From contig NC_135664.1 of assembly GCF_964188315.1 (NCBI RefSeq), positions 43,772,001 through 43,836,000 on the forward strand: 64,000 nucleotides of DNA. The letters are read 5' to 3'. A program made the position numbers and the translations under genes. Positions 13,664-24,700 of the stretch are shown here, piece by piece. Position 1 is the stretch's first letter. Each line of letters starts with the position of its first letter. The stretch comes from Podarcis muralis. Taxonomy: Eukaryota. The notes below the pieces were generated by a model. The model was not told where the DNA came from. It saw nothing but the letters and a program-made list of their open reading frames with translations, and did not search any database.

Positions 13664-14422
13664 ATGAGCCTCAGTGACCTTCTCTACCCAAACAATCCAC
13701 AAAGACGCCAGGATGTGATTGCCCTGCACCAGGAACTGCTTGACTGCATGCAGCTGAATTTTAAGGCCACTGATGAACTAATTGGAGCACTGAATGAACA
13801 TCTGGGAGCCAAGATCGCGCACGTTAAAATGAAAGAGGGCGGCACCATCAAAGAGAACTGTGACATCATCATCCGAGCCATGACTGATATTCAGCAAGAG
13901 GTATGGAAGTTTGATAAAGAAATAAAGGAAAAGCTAGAGCCACTGATGTACCGAAAGCTTTATGATATCAAGGAGCCTGAGTTGGAAAAAATTGCAATAG
14001 CTCACAGGATTGTATCTGTTATTCTTGGAGAGGCTACTGCATCTGCAGGTATAGTAGCTATGAAATTGGTGTGTTCGAATATTGTAACTGTTACTGTTAA
14101 CAAACTAGTTGCTCTACTTGCTCAGATTGGGTTATCTGTTCTAGGAGGCATTGCCATTAGTGCTCTGGGGCTGGGTATCGACATAATTCTTCATGCTATA
14201 TTGGGAACAGTGGAAAGAGATCACCTTGTAGCATGCATTGAGAGCTATGAGCAGCATCTGGCAGAATTTAAGGAAGCCTCGCAGATTTATCATTGCGCCA
14301 TTACAGAAGTCAGTGCAATGGTGAAAGACAAAGCTAAATTAGGAATATCTGGGGATGTTCCTACACACTGGTCATTACACGAAACGTATTCTAATATGAC
14401 TGATGAGAACTTTCCTTTTTAA
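13664..14422 (+). CDS. SMCO3: Single-pass membrane and coiled-coil domain protein 3, 252 aa
   Basis: MSLSDLLYPNNPQRRQDV...GTIKENCDIII...KLEPLMYRKL...VILGEAT closely matches recalled SMCO3. Acceptor TTTGCAG immediately before the ATG; AATAAA at 14458. Antisense to C12orf60, as in human. Confidence 0.95.
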   Translation: MSLSDLLYPNNPQRRQDVIALHQELLDCMQLNFKATDELIGALNEHLGAKIAHVKMKEGGTIKENCDIIIRAMTDIQQEVWKFDKEIKEKLEPLMYRKLYDIKEPELEKIAIAHRIVSVILGEATASAGIVAMKLVCSNIVTVTVNKLVALLAQIGLSVLGGIAISALGLGIDIILHAILGTVERDHLVACIESYEQHLAEFKEASQIYHCAITEVSAMVKDKAKLGISGDVPTHWSLHETYSNMTDENFPF

Positions 14423-16369
14423 TACGGCTTGTTCGTTTTTGCAATTAGCAACATAGAAATAAAGTGTTTGGTGGTGAATAACCTGTTAAAGACAAAAGAC
14501 CCTTGTAGATAAGCAGTAACTGAAAGGTGTAGGTTTCTGCAGGTATGTGACATGAGCGAATGCTCTAACGGCACAAACTTAACTATGTTTACTCAGGAGT
14601 TAAGTCCCATTGAACTCAGTGGGGATTCCTTCTGGATAAGTGGGGTTGGGATTGTAGCCTTTGATTGCAATCCTAATGTCTCCTCCCTTTCAGTGGGGAT
14701 TTGTAGAAAAAGCATACACAAATCCACTGTACAACAATTGCATACTAGAAATCAAGATGTAGTTATGCAGTTCATCCTTTTCCATGTGAATCAAGCTTGG
14801 TAATGTGGAAAGTATTGAAAACATGCATTGCGTTATTGAGTTTTGCGTATTATGAAATAAAATTTGAAATAGCACAATATATAACTGAATATGTGTTTTC
14901 TCAAATAAATGCATTTGCCTGTGTTTTTCCCCTCTATTCTATCTGTGCATTTTACATCTCAAATCAGCATAGGGCCTATAAGAAAATATTTTATGAGTTG
15001 GAGGTGGGGTCAGTCTAGATGGTACCCTGTGCCCCAACCTGTGGTCCTGTGTGGCTGGGCGGGTGGTGGGGGATAGAATGTATAAGAGCAAGCTTGCCAA
15101 ATCAGTTCCATTATTAAAGTCATGGCTTTGTCATCTCTTGGTATTTTTCCTGTCTTATAACTTCCTTTCCTTTCCTTGTCTTTCTTTTTTACTTATTATT
15201 AACTAAGCTTTGGTGGGAACATTTTGGTAAAAGCAAATTTGACCATGTTAGTATGCACATCTGCCTCATACACTTCTGGACTGGTGAACCACCGTGAAAC
15301 AAAACATCCTAGTAGGAATACAATTAAAATAGATATTAAGAAGTCCCAACCAAACCTGCCATTCAGCTTATTATGAAGAAAAAGTCCGATGGAGAAGGAC
15401 TAGGCAAGGGCACTTCATCTTGGTGTAGGACTATCAGTTGCTGTAAATATGGTGACATCACAGAGGCTGTGAGGTGGGTAGTCTTGCATGATACAAAGAA
15501 TGTGACAATGACATCATAGGCTCAAGCAGAGGAGCCAGAAAACATGAAACACATTACATTAAAATGATGCAGACCAAATAGAAAATTATTTTTCTAGGCT
15601 CTACATGCCCAGCTCCTATAGCTTAGACTTTATCATCATGCTTGTTAATTTCAGTCTCAAGGTACAATATTTTCAACAAAAGACACAAGAAGGCCATTTT
15701 TCAAGGGAATATTATCTGTTGCCAGGCACTGAAGTCATCTGCAAAAGATGCCCACACGGTGGGAAGAAGGAAGCACTTATCTCCCACAGATCATAATCTG
15801 CTGTGTGAAGAGAACACATACTTTCTTTTGCTTATTCTGAGTCTATTGCCACTGATACAGGAGGGACATGCTTTGTTGAAAGTGTCAGGTTTTGTTGACA
15901 CAGAGTTCTAAGACTAAGAGGGAGCAAAATTTCTTTATCCGCTTCAACTTTCACATAATTTTATAAATATCCAGGCTTCCTTAAAAATATGTATTAACTG
16001 TGACTAGTGTAGTGTATACCTGAATGTTGTGGCTAATGGTATGCTTCTCCCAATAAACACATTTCACTGGAATTCCCCCATAAAAAGCTTACAGTACTTG
16101 GAAGTAACTGACATTGCTATCAGTGGGACTTTCAACAAAATGTACTTAGGGAAACGTTTATAGGGCAAACTTTGTACTGCCAGGAGTCATGTTTTATATA
16201 AAGCATTTTAATGCTCTTTCGATATGATATGATATGATCTGATCTGATCTGAACTGTGTCTTCTTCCCTCTAAAAAGCATTGTGTGATTTAACCTTGCAG
16301 TATACTGTAAAGTTATTTCTGAGCTTGTGCAAGAAAAGGACTTGGGAAAATTTATTTCCAGGACTGGCA

Positions 16370-18500
16370 GGCGAGCGCCTCCTCTCGGCCTTCTCTGGTA
16401 TAACGGACTTCTAGACAGAAAATGGCGCCCTCCCTCTCCCAGCACCTTCTTTCAGTGTTGCCTAGCGATTATGAGAAACCTTAACCATAGAGATGCAGAC
16501 CTTGGGAGGTCTGAAGGACAAACCGGCCTTGAGCACCTCTGAGCTCAGGCGAACTGGAAAGAGAGATTTGCGGATGGTACCGTTACCATAGAGACGGGGG
16601 AAAGTATACGGTCTCAGTCTTTCCGGTCTGGTGTTGATCACCTTTCCACTTTACAGTGATTCTAAATACAAAGTACCAAAGAGACGCCGCAGCCTGGAGC
16701 GTCTAGTAACAAGGACAAGTATAGAGATAGGGAAAATCGGAAATCCCATAGAAAGAAAAAAACTTTATGATTCCCTTTGACGGTTCCACATCCCAGGATG
16801 GAAATGAGAAGTGCCTATATAAAATAATAAAGAAATCCAAGATTTTAGCGTACTTGAGAAGCAGGAGTCCACTCAGAAAGAAATAGCAGCATATACAGTA
16901 GTTCTTGCTTTAAGTTAGGACTTACTTTGTGAGAAAAACGTGATTGCTGTCGGGGGAGTTTGTATAAACTACAGACCACTATCCCCATGATACTGTGGCT
17001 GAGATAGGGTTTCTTTACCTTTTTGGGGTGCAAAGTAGTACACTGTCAATCGAGCATGTCAGAAGCTAGTTTGATTTTCCAGCTCCAAATCCCCCACGCT
17101 TAACACCTCTCGGGTTGCAGCAAACGGTAAAACTACACAGGGATAGCGAACATGGTGCCTTCGAGGTGTTATTGAACTCCAACTCCCAGCAGCCCCAGCC
17201 AGCATTGCCAACGGTCAAACGTACTCCAACAACACTTCGCCGGCCCCAAATGGCGACCCCTGGAACGTCACTCGCAACTTGCAGCCCAAAGCTCAGTTGC
17301 GTGCAAAGCCTTGTGCTGCATTTGTTCGCCTGCATGTAAGATACCCGCGAAGTGCAGGCGGGGAGAGGAAGGGAGCACTGACTTCCGAAGAGCCATAATC
17401 TCCAGTTTACCTCTCCAAAGAGTTGAGTTTTTGTCATTTGTAGAACCCGAGATACGAGGCAAAATGGGCAGCTGCTGTTCTTATTTTCGTGTGAGAAATC
17501 CACTGCTCTCCTTTTTAGTGCTTTAGCCCCCCCTCCCAAATTCCTACAGACGCCCATACTAATGGCTGTATCACTGGGCAGAGGGAGGCGGTTGCCTCAG
17601 GCGACAGCCGAGGGGAAGGAGGAAGCAGTATGTGTTGCATATATTTCCAGTTTTCCACGCCAGGCAAAACCGTTCCTTTTTAACCAGGACTTTGTTTGAT
17701 TTCATTGACATCCTTTGCCCGTTTAAAATGTGGTTCTTTTTTTGGAGGGGGGAAATTGTTATTAGGTTGTTGTTTTAATTTTGATTATATATATTGTGGT
17801 TTTATATTTTGATTTTGTTTTGTGAACCGCCCTGTGAACCTCCGGGCATAGGGCGGTATATATAAATTCAATAATTAAACTAAAAACAAAATATATGAGC
17901 TCCGGTGCTTCCTGTCAACCTTTTATTCTGGGGTATCCTAGGCTGGGGATGCTAAAACCCTGACCTCCTTAATGGTCCGCTACTTCAGGCCGAATCAACT
18001 TCCCGGAAGTTGGGGACGGAAGACGAGTCTTTGATGAGAAGTCCACGTGCCTCAAAGTTCCTCATTTTTGCCGGAAGTTCAGGTTGTGGGCTACTCTAGC
18101 CGTTCCGCGCCTCTATTGCTGTTGCCGCGAGATCGCGCGGCTTTTCAAGATGGCGGCGACGCGGAGAGTATCCGAGGCGCGGCTTCTGTAGGGCCCTTTC
18201 TCTCGTTGGAGCGACCGGGCGCCGCTCTGCCGTCGGGGTTGGCGGGCTCCGGCCTCTTCCTTCGCGCCCCGTAGATCGACTGGGGTCAGGCGCGGATCTG
18301 GGCTGTCCGCCTCCCGCTGCTTGGAGCCACCGGCTTTGGCGCCAGGTAACCTGTTACCGTTTCCCGACTTAGAAATCCTTTCATCTTCGTGGGCACAAAC
18401 AGTTGTTTATACCTCGAAGGCTGGAGCTTTGTGCAGAGCTGCGTCTCCTGATGGTGCGGTGCTAAAACCCTGGTCGGATCAAGGGCGAGCGTTTTTCAGT
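16370..18500. promoter_or_regulatory. CpG-rich promoter zone, probably bidirectional for WBP11 and C12orf60; includes WBP11 non-coding exon 1 (donor at 18346)
   Basis: Three CpG-dense patches (about 16370-16720, 17060-17460, 17990-18500). YY1 motif CAAGATGGCGGC 18146-18157, ETS CCGGAAGT motifs, RFX-like GTTACCATAGAGAC 16582-16595, donor GCCAG/GTAACC at 18345/18346. Confidence 0.7.
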
Positions 18501-18762
18501 AAATGCCTGACTTTAACAGAAAAGGGTTTTTTTAAATAAAAAAATTATACAGTACTATATTACTGTTGTTGTTATTATTTATACTATATTATTTATTATT
18601 ATTATTTATTATTCATGACTATTATAATGAGATGTGCTTCTGTATGACTTACAGGACTTCACTCGTGTGTTTAATACTGACGTTTATGCTGAATTATATA
18701 TATTTTTCTCCTCCTGATCTAGTTTTCATTCAGTGAAACAATAAAATAAACAAACTGTCAAA

Positions 18763-21700
18763 ATGGGGCGAAGATCCACGTCATCCACCAAGAGTGGGAA
18801 GTTCATGAATCCCACAGATCAAGCTCGTAAGTGTACAGAATTTAATTTTTAAAAGTAAGGGGGAGGGTTTTAGGAGAGACATATAGTTGAAAGCATGTAG
18901 CACAGTGTTAAAAACTAAGATAGGAAAGCTAGGAGCCAAATTGCACCTTAAACCTAGGTTACGGGCACAACAACGATAGTCTAGGCACTTTTTTAAAAAT
19001 AACGAATACAAAACTGAAAATGAATAAACCGCTGCTAAAATATTATGTTCATTTTTTACATGGTCTAGTCCTTCCCCTGCCCCTCCAAATATTCTTAAGA
19101 GGGTCTCTTCTCCAGTCTTCAGAGAGTAGCTGGAAGTGGGGAGGCAGAAAAAGGCCCTCCTTTCCTTCCACTCTGCAGTTTTAATCTGAAATCTTAGGTG
19201 CAGTACTGTGCCCAGAGTTCAGAAACTGCTCACACTAATTAAATTCCCCTTTGCAAAATGTACCTGTAACAATGGGAGTTTCGAACACTAATGTAGCCTG
19301 AGGTATAAGACTTAACACTGCGGGCTAAAAATGTTACAGTATACTATGGGTTTAGCATTAAACAATGTCAGTGAAGGAATGTACAGGAATATAAAATAAC
19401 GGGATGGTGGTAATATCAAGTGGAGATTTTTCTTCAGAACATTGCTTTACATTAAGTTAATCAGTTGAAGGCATAATGTTACTGCTTTATAAATCTCATA
19501 TACAAATATTTATATTAAATTATTTAAAGAGCAGTCAGTATGACTTGGTTCACTGCAGCCTGTTAATTATAGGATTTCTCGTAGTTAAATCTAAGTGCAC
19601 TTCTGTGCAGCTTCAAGTCGGTCCATGTTTACTATGGCTATGTACACACTATAACGTCAAAGCACCTTTGAAGCACAGTCTTTTCCTCAAAGAATTTTGA
19701 GTACTGTAGTTTATTAAGGGTCCCTGGGAATTATAGCTATGTGTGGTGTAAGCTGCAGTGCTCTGAGTTTTTTGAGGGAAAGAATTTCCTTCAAATGTGC
19801 TTTAAAGGTATAGAGTGTACACAGGCTGTGTTTGCAAGAGTCAGATTCCTTTTGGATGGTAGAACACTCAACTTCTTTTCCTTAAAGACAGTTTTGGAAA
19901 AAGGTAGAGTAAGTGTTCTGGGTTGGTCAGGCAACGTTGTGTGTGCTTTTATGAAGTATACAAGTAAAGCCTTATAGACTTAGATTCCAGATTTCTTATA
20001 GACTTAGACCCAGATTTTCTTTCCGGCTGTTGTTTGTTGTGAACAAGCAGCATTCTGGTGCATGTTGCCCAGTTCCTGCTTTGCTCCTTCCCTGGCACAA
20101 GTACAGTACCTCTCAGGATTCAAAGTGTACTCTGAAGTACAATGAGTTCCATGATAAGTGTGGTTATGATTGCAGCCCAAAGCTTGCTGGTACTGGGTCT
20201 GAAATTGAGCATTTATATCTTTGCAGGCAAGGAGGCTCGAAAAAGGGAGCTTAAGAAGGTGAGAGATCGTTGCTTTACTAAAGGCTGGTGACCCTGTACT
20301 TCTACGTGTTATGTTCCTAACGTAAAGTGTACCTTGTTAATGTAGTACTTGCTAACTGATGAGCCGTTTCCTATTTAAAAATACAGTATTTTCCAAGTAT
20401 TCATAAAGCTGGAGAAATAATGCATTTTTAATAGAATTGTGATAGTACTAATGTTATATATTTATAGTTCACCTTGGTGGATGATTAGACTTATTCTCAT
20501 CTGTAAATATAAATATCATGGCAGTGTTTGACCAAGTACTCAAGTGTCTTTAAACAGGAAGCCAGTAATATAAAACCCCACAGAACTAGAGACTGAGGAT
20601 TGTAAAGGTTGATAGGGTATAAATGTGAAGGTATGTTAACACACTGCCTTTAAAATTGGAATGTAAAATCAATTTTAACAGCTTAGAACAGTGTTGTGCA
20701 GACTTTAGTCTTGTGGGATCTGCTTTTTTTAAAAACTAGAAACTTACTATCCTCCAAGTAGAGCCAGGTGCAAGATATGTTATAGTGGGGGCAACAGACT
20801 CTTAAAATTAAGGATCAGGGTGCCTCTAAGCACATGTTTGGCCCATAATTGTTTCCCCAGTCCCAGAACTGAGCTCACAGTCCTGTCATGCAAAAACCCA
20901 CTCCTGGCTCCCCCTATTATTTTTTTTTGTATTGTATATGTTGCTTGGTTTGGCCGATACAGGAATCTTTCACTCTCTCTCATTTTCTGGTGAGTCCAGA
21001 ACAAGAAGCAACGCATGATGGTGAGAGCAGCAGTGTTGAAGATGAAGGATCCCAAGCAAATAATCCGAGATATGGAAAAACTTGATGAAATGGGTAGGTT
21101 TGAATAAACCTTTTGGGGGGTTGGGGGAAACTTGAATGGAGAAACCAGATGGGGCCAAATGCATCTGTGAAGCTGAAAGACTTAGGGGTAGGCAATATAG
21201 TACTCTCTATATGTTATACTAAAACTCTCATTGTCCCTGACCACTGGTCATGTTGGCTTATGGGAGTTAATAGTTTAAAAATATCTGGAGGAGGAACACA
21301 TTGGCTGATGTAACAAATGTTATCAGATACCATGGGTGTTTTTTTTTTTTTGGAGTAAGGAGATCAAGGGCTGGGTACACTCAAGTGGCCAGTTTCTGTA
21401 GAGAGTTGGTAGCTCCCTGCTCCCCACCCCTGTGTTCTTTTTCTTTCTCTCTTTTAGAAGCCATCCTATAAACATTGATGGGACCAGGCACGCAGCTCTA
21501 GAAAGAGGGTTCATTGAATGGGGAGGCCTTCTCCCCCCTCCCTAGTCACTACTTGGGTTTTTGATCAGGCTGGGGCACCTGGGAACTAACAGAGTTATTT
21601 GAGCACCAGTAAGCTGTCTTCCCAAATATGTATTCTCTTTTAGTGGCACTCAGGAGGAAAGCTTTCTTCGGGGTTCTGTTTCTGAACATGGATGCCACAA

Positions 21701-24700
21701 TGGCACATGTGTTATAAACGTGGTGTGATGAGAGGAAGAGAAAACAATGACTTAATTCAGGCTTTGCTTGTAAATCTCTCTCCTTCCACATGGTTGTCTC
21801 AATCATAATACTGGATCAGAGTTTAACCCAGTGCAGCAACCCCAGCTCAATGAGAAGGTGCTGAAGGACAAGCGTAAGAAATTGCGTGAGACCTTTGAGC
21901 GTATCCTGCGGCTCTATGAGAAGGAGAATCCAGACATCTACAAGGAGTTGCGCAAGCTAGAAGTGGAATATGAGCAGAAGAGATCTCAGCTCAGTCAGTA
22001 CTTCGATGCTGTAAAGGTATTTGCCCTCATCAGATTTGAATGACATTGATTTAAGGGTTCTTACTCTTGGCTTACTTAAGTGTGGACAGTGCAAGGCCAG
22101 TTGCTTGGTTCCTTTTAAGCCCTACTGCGCTTTTAAAAAAATTAGAAGCACACCATGCATATGTTTGGTAACAAACAGAACATGCAAGCAGTGGTGTGTT
22201 GTATTTGAAATTCATCTACATAGAAACTGGCTTTTCTGAATTTCCTCCCTATGTAGTTTGGTGACCAGAAACCTTCACTTTTCCCTCCTCGGATTTCATT
22301 GGAATGGTTTGAATGACTATTTCATTAATTTGACTGGTCGTGTGATGTTCCTTCTAAATGGTTGCTTGCATTTATGAATTGTCAGGAAACTAAATGTTAT
22401 GCCACTGATTGCTTCATGTTGCTTTCTCGTTTATAAAGCACCTAAAATTTGCTAAGTGCTGTGCAACCCCACCCCCAAATTATTCCTGCCTGCAGGCTTA
22501 CAATCAACTAGACATGGCTCAGAAGGGAAGTGAAAGCCCTCTTGGCTGATTATTAAAGCTAGCAGTTGTTTTTTTTATTTAAATGTGGTTTTCATTTATG
22601 CTAACTGCTTACAGTCTAAGTCAGTGTTTCCCAACCTTTTTTGGGCAAAGGCACACTTGTTTGATGAAAAAAATCTTGAGGCACACCACCATTACAGCCC
22701 CGTGACGTCAGCGCGCAGCGTCACGCCGGGAGGGAAGGGCGCCGGGGCGCTGCTGCTGCCGCCGCCGCCGCTCCCGGCAGGCATGGGCCCAGCTGAGGTG
22801 GCGGCGGCTGTTGTGGTGGTGGCGGCGATAGCGGGCGGAGGAGGGGGCGGCGGCGGGGCCGAGGTGGCCGGCGGCAGCGGGGGAGGCGGCAGCGGGTGGA
22901 GCAGGAGGGCGGCCGAGGCCGGTGAGGGAGTAGGGTTGCCCGGGGCTTGAGGAACCGTCGCCGGGAGTTGCTGCTGCTGTTGTTGCTGCTGCTGCCCGGA
23001 CATGCCGGCCTCCTCCTCGTCCGCTGTCTCGCGCTCCTCCCTTTTGCGCGCGCTGCCCCGCCGCCGCCCCATTGGCCGGGTCCTGTCAGCTGATCCTGTG
23101 TTATTTCCTGTGTGTGTGTGTGAGGGGAGAATGGAGAGAGAAACCTCGGCACCACCACCGCGGAGCCGCCCCCGGCTCGACGCGGATCCTCGCCGCCGCC
23201 GCCCCGCCTCTCGCCGCCCGACTCGCCCGCCTCCCTCCCACGGCACACCAGGCAACGTCTCGCGGCACACTAGTGTGCCGCGGAACACCGGTTGGGAAAC
23301 ACTGGTCTAAGTGACATAATTCAAAAGAAATGGGGAAGGGAGAGGTAGATAAGTAGGTTCCAGGGCTAAGTCTTTCATGAGGTTATATCAGGCATAGGCA
23401 AACCCGGCCCTGCAGATGTTTTGGGACTACAACTCCCATCATCTCTAGCTAACAGGACCAGTGGTCAGGGATGATGGGAGCTGTAGTCTCAAACATCTGC
23501 AGGGCCGAGTTTGCCTATGCCTGGGTTATACGATCAAGATACATAATGAGCAAGGGAGGAGAGGATCCAAGCGTCGGGTGCTCCTGGTTGAGCTGATGGA
23601 GGGGCGCTTGTCTTGCCTCTCTGTCACATACCCATTGTCACCTCCTGAAGATTAACCTAAGCGAATGTTTACAAATCTCTTTCAGAATGCTCAGCATGTC
23701 GAAGTGGAGAGTATTCCCCTGCCAGATATGCCTCATGCCCCTTCCAACATCCTCATTCAGGACATCCCCCTGCCTGGAGCGCAGCCCCCCTCTATTCTCA
23801 AAAAGACATCAGCCTATGGGTAAGCAAGGAAATGCACTGGGAAAGGCCAAAGCTCTTTTTGGGGTTGGTCTGTGTGGATTAGAATCTGATGCTGCTACTC
23901 TGATTAAATAGGCTTTTGTTGTTATTTTACTTGTGCTTTTAGAGCTTTTAAAAGCCACATGCTATAATTTGTGAGCTGCTTTTTGTTCGTGCGGTTTAAT
24001 GGTGGTTCTTGAAGTGTAGCTTAAAGCACAAGACATGGACTGACATCATTTGGGCTGCATGCTAGTACAGAAAAGTGTTAAGCGTGGCTGTCGATTAAAT
24101 CTGGGGCACATGCATATATTGAATTGCATTGGTGCTCAGCTTCTTGTCCTTGCTGTCAGCTGTTTTGTTGCCGGCTGAGAAGAAATACTAACTTCAGCCA
24201 CTAGGGAGACAGTTGGCATAATATTCACAGGGCATAAATAAGTAGCCAGAAACTAGGGCAAAAGCTCAGCTGGTGCTACATTGGCATCCAGCACTCTAGC
24301 TCAAACTGAACATCTTGTAAATCCTTAGCTCTTAAACTGTTCAAAACCTTGTTTCTAGACCTCCTGTCCGGCCTGTTTCTGTACTTCCACCTCCCGGGCT
24401 TGGTGTTCCTCGCTTACCTCCAGGCAGGAAGCCTCCAGGACCTCCACCAGGGCCGCCTCCACCTCAGGTCTTGCAGATGTACGGTCGGAAGGTTGGATTC
24501 ACCTCAGAGATGGCCCCTCGGAGAAGAGAAGAGGAGGTGTCTTACAGTCCAGAGACAGGTAGTCATTTTCCTCATCCGCAAGTGCTACCTTTGAAGGTGA
24601 CCTGGAAACTACAGCTAATCCAGAATGCGGTAGCTAGACTGGTGACTGGGAGTGGCTGCCAAGACCACATAACACCAGTCTTGAAAGACCTATGTTGGCT

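Noticed and set aside
22585-23314. Several overlapping 80-198-aa ORFs as a novel host gene
   Set aside because: All lie within the TIR/TSD-bounded element; only the frame from ATG 23003 has recognisable homology.
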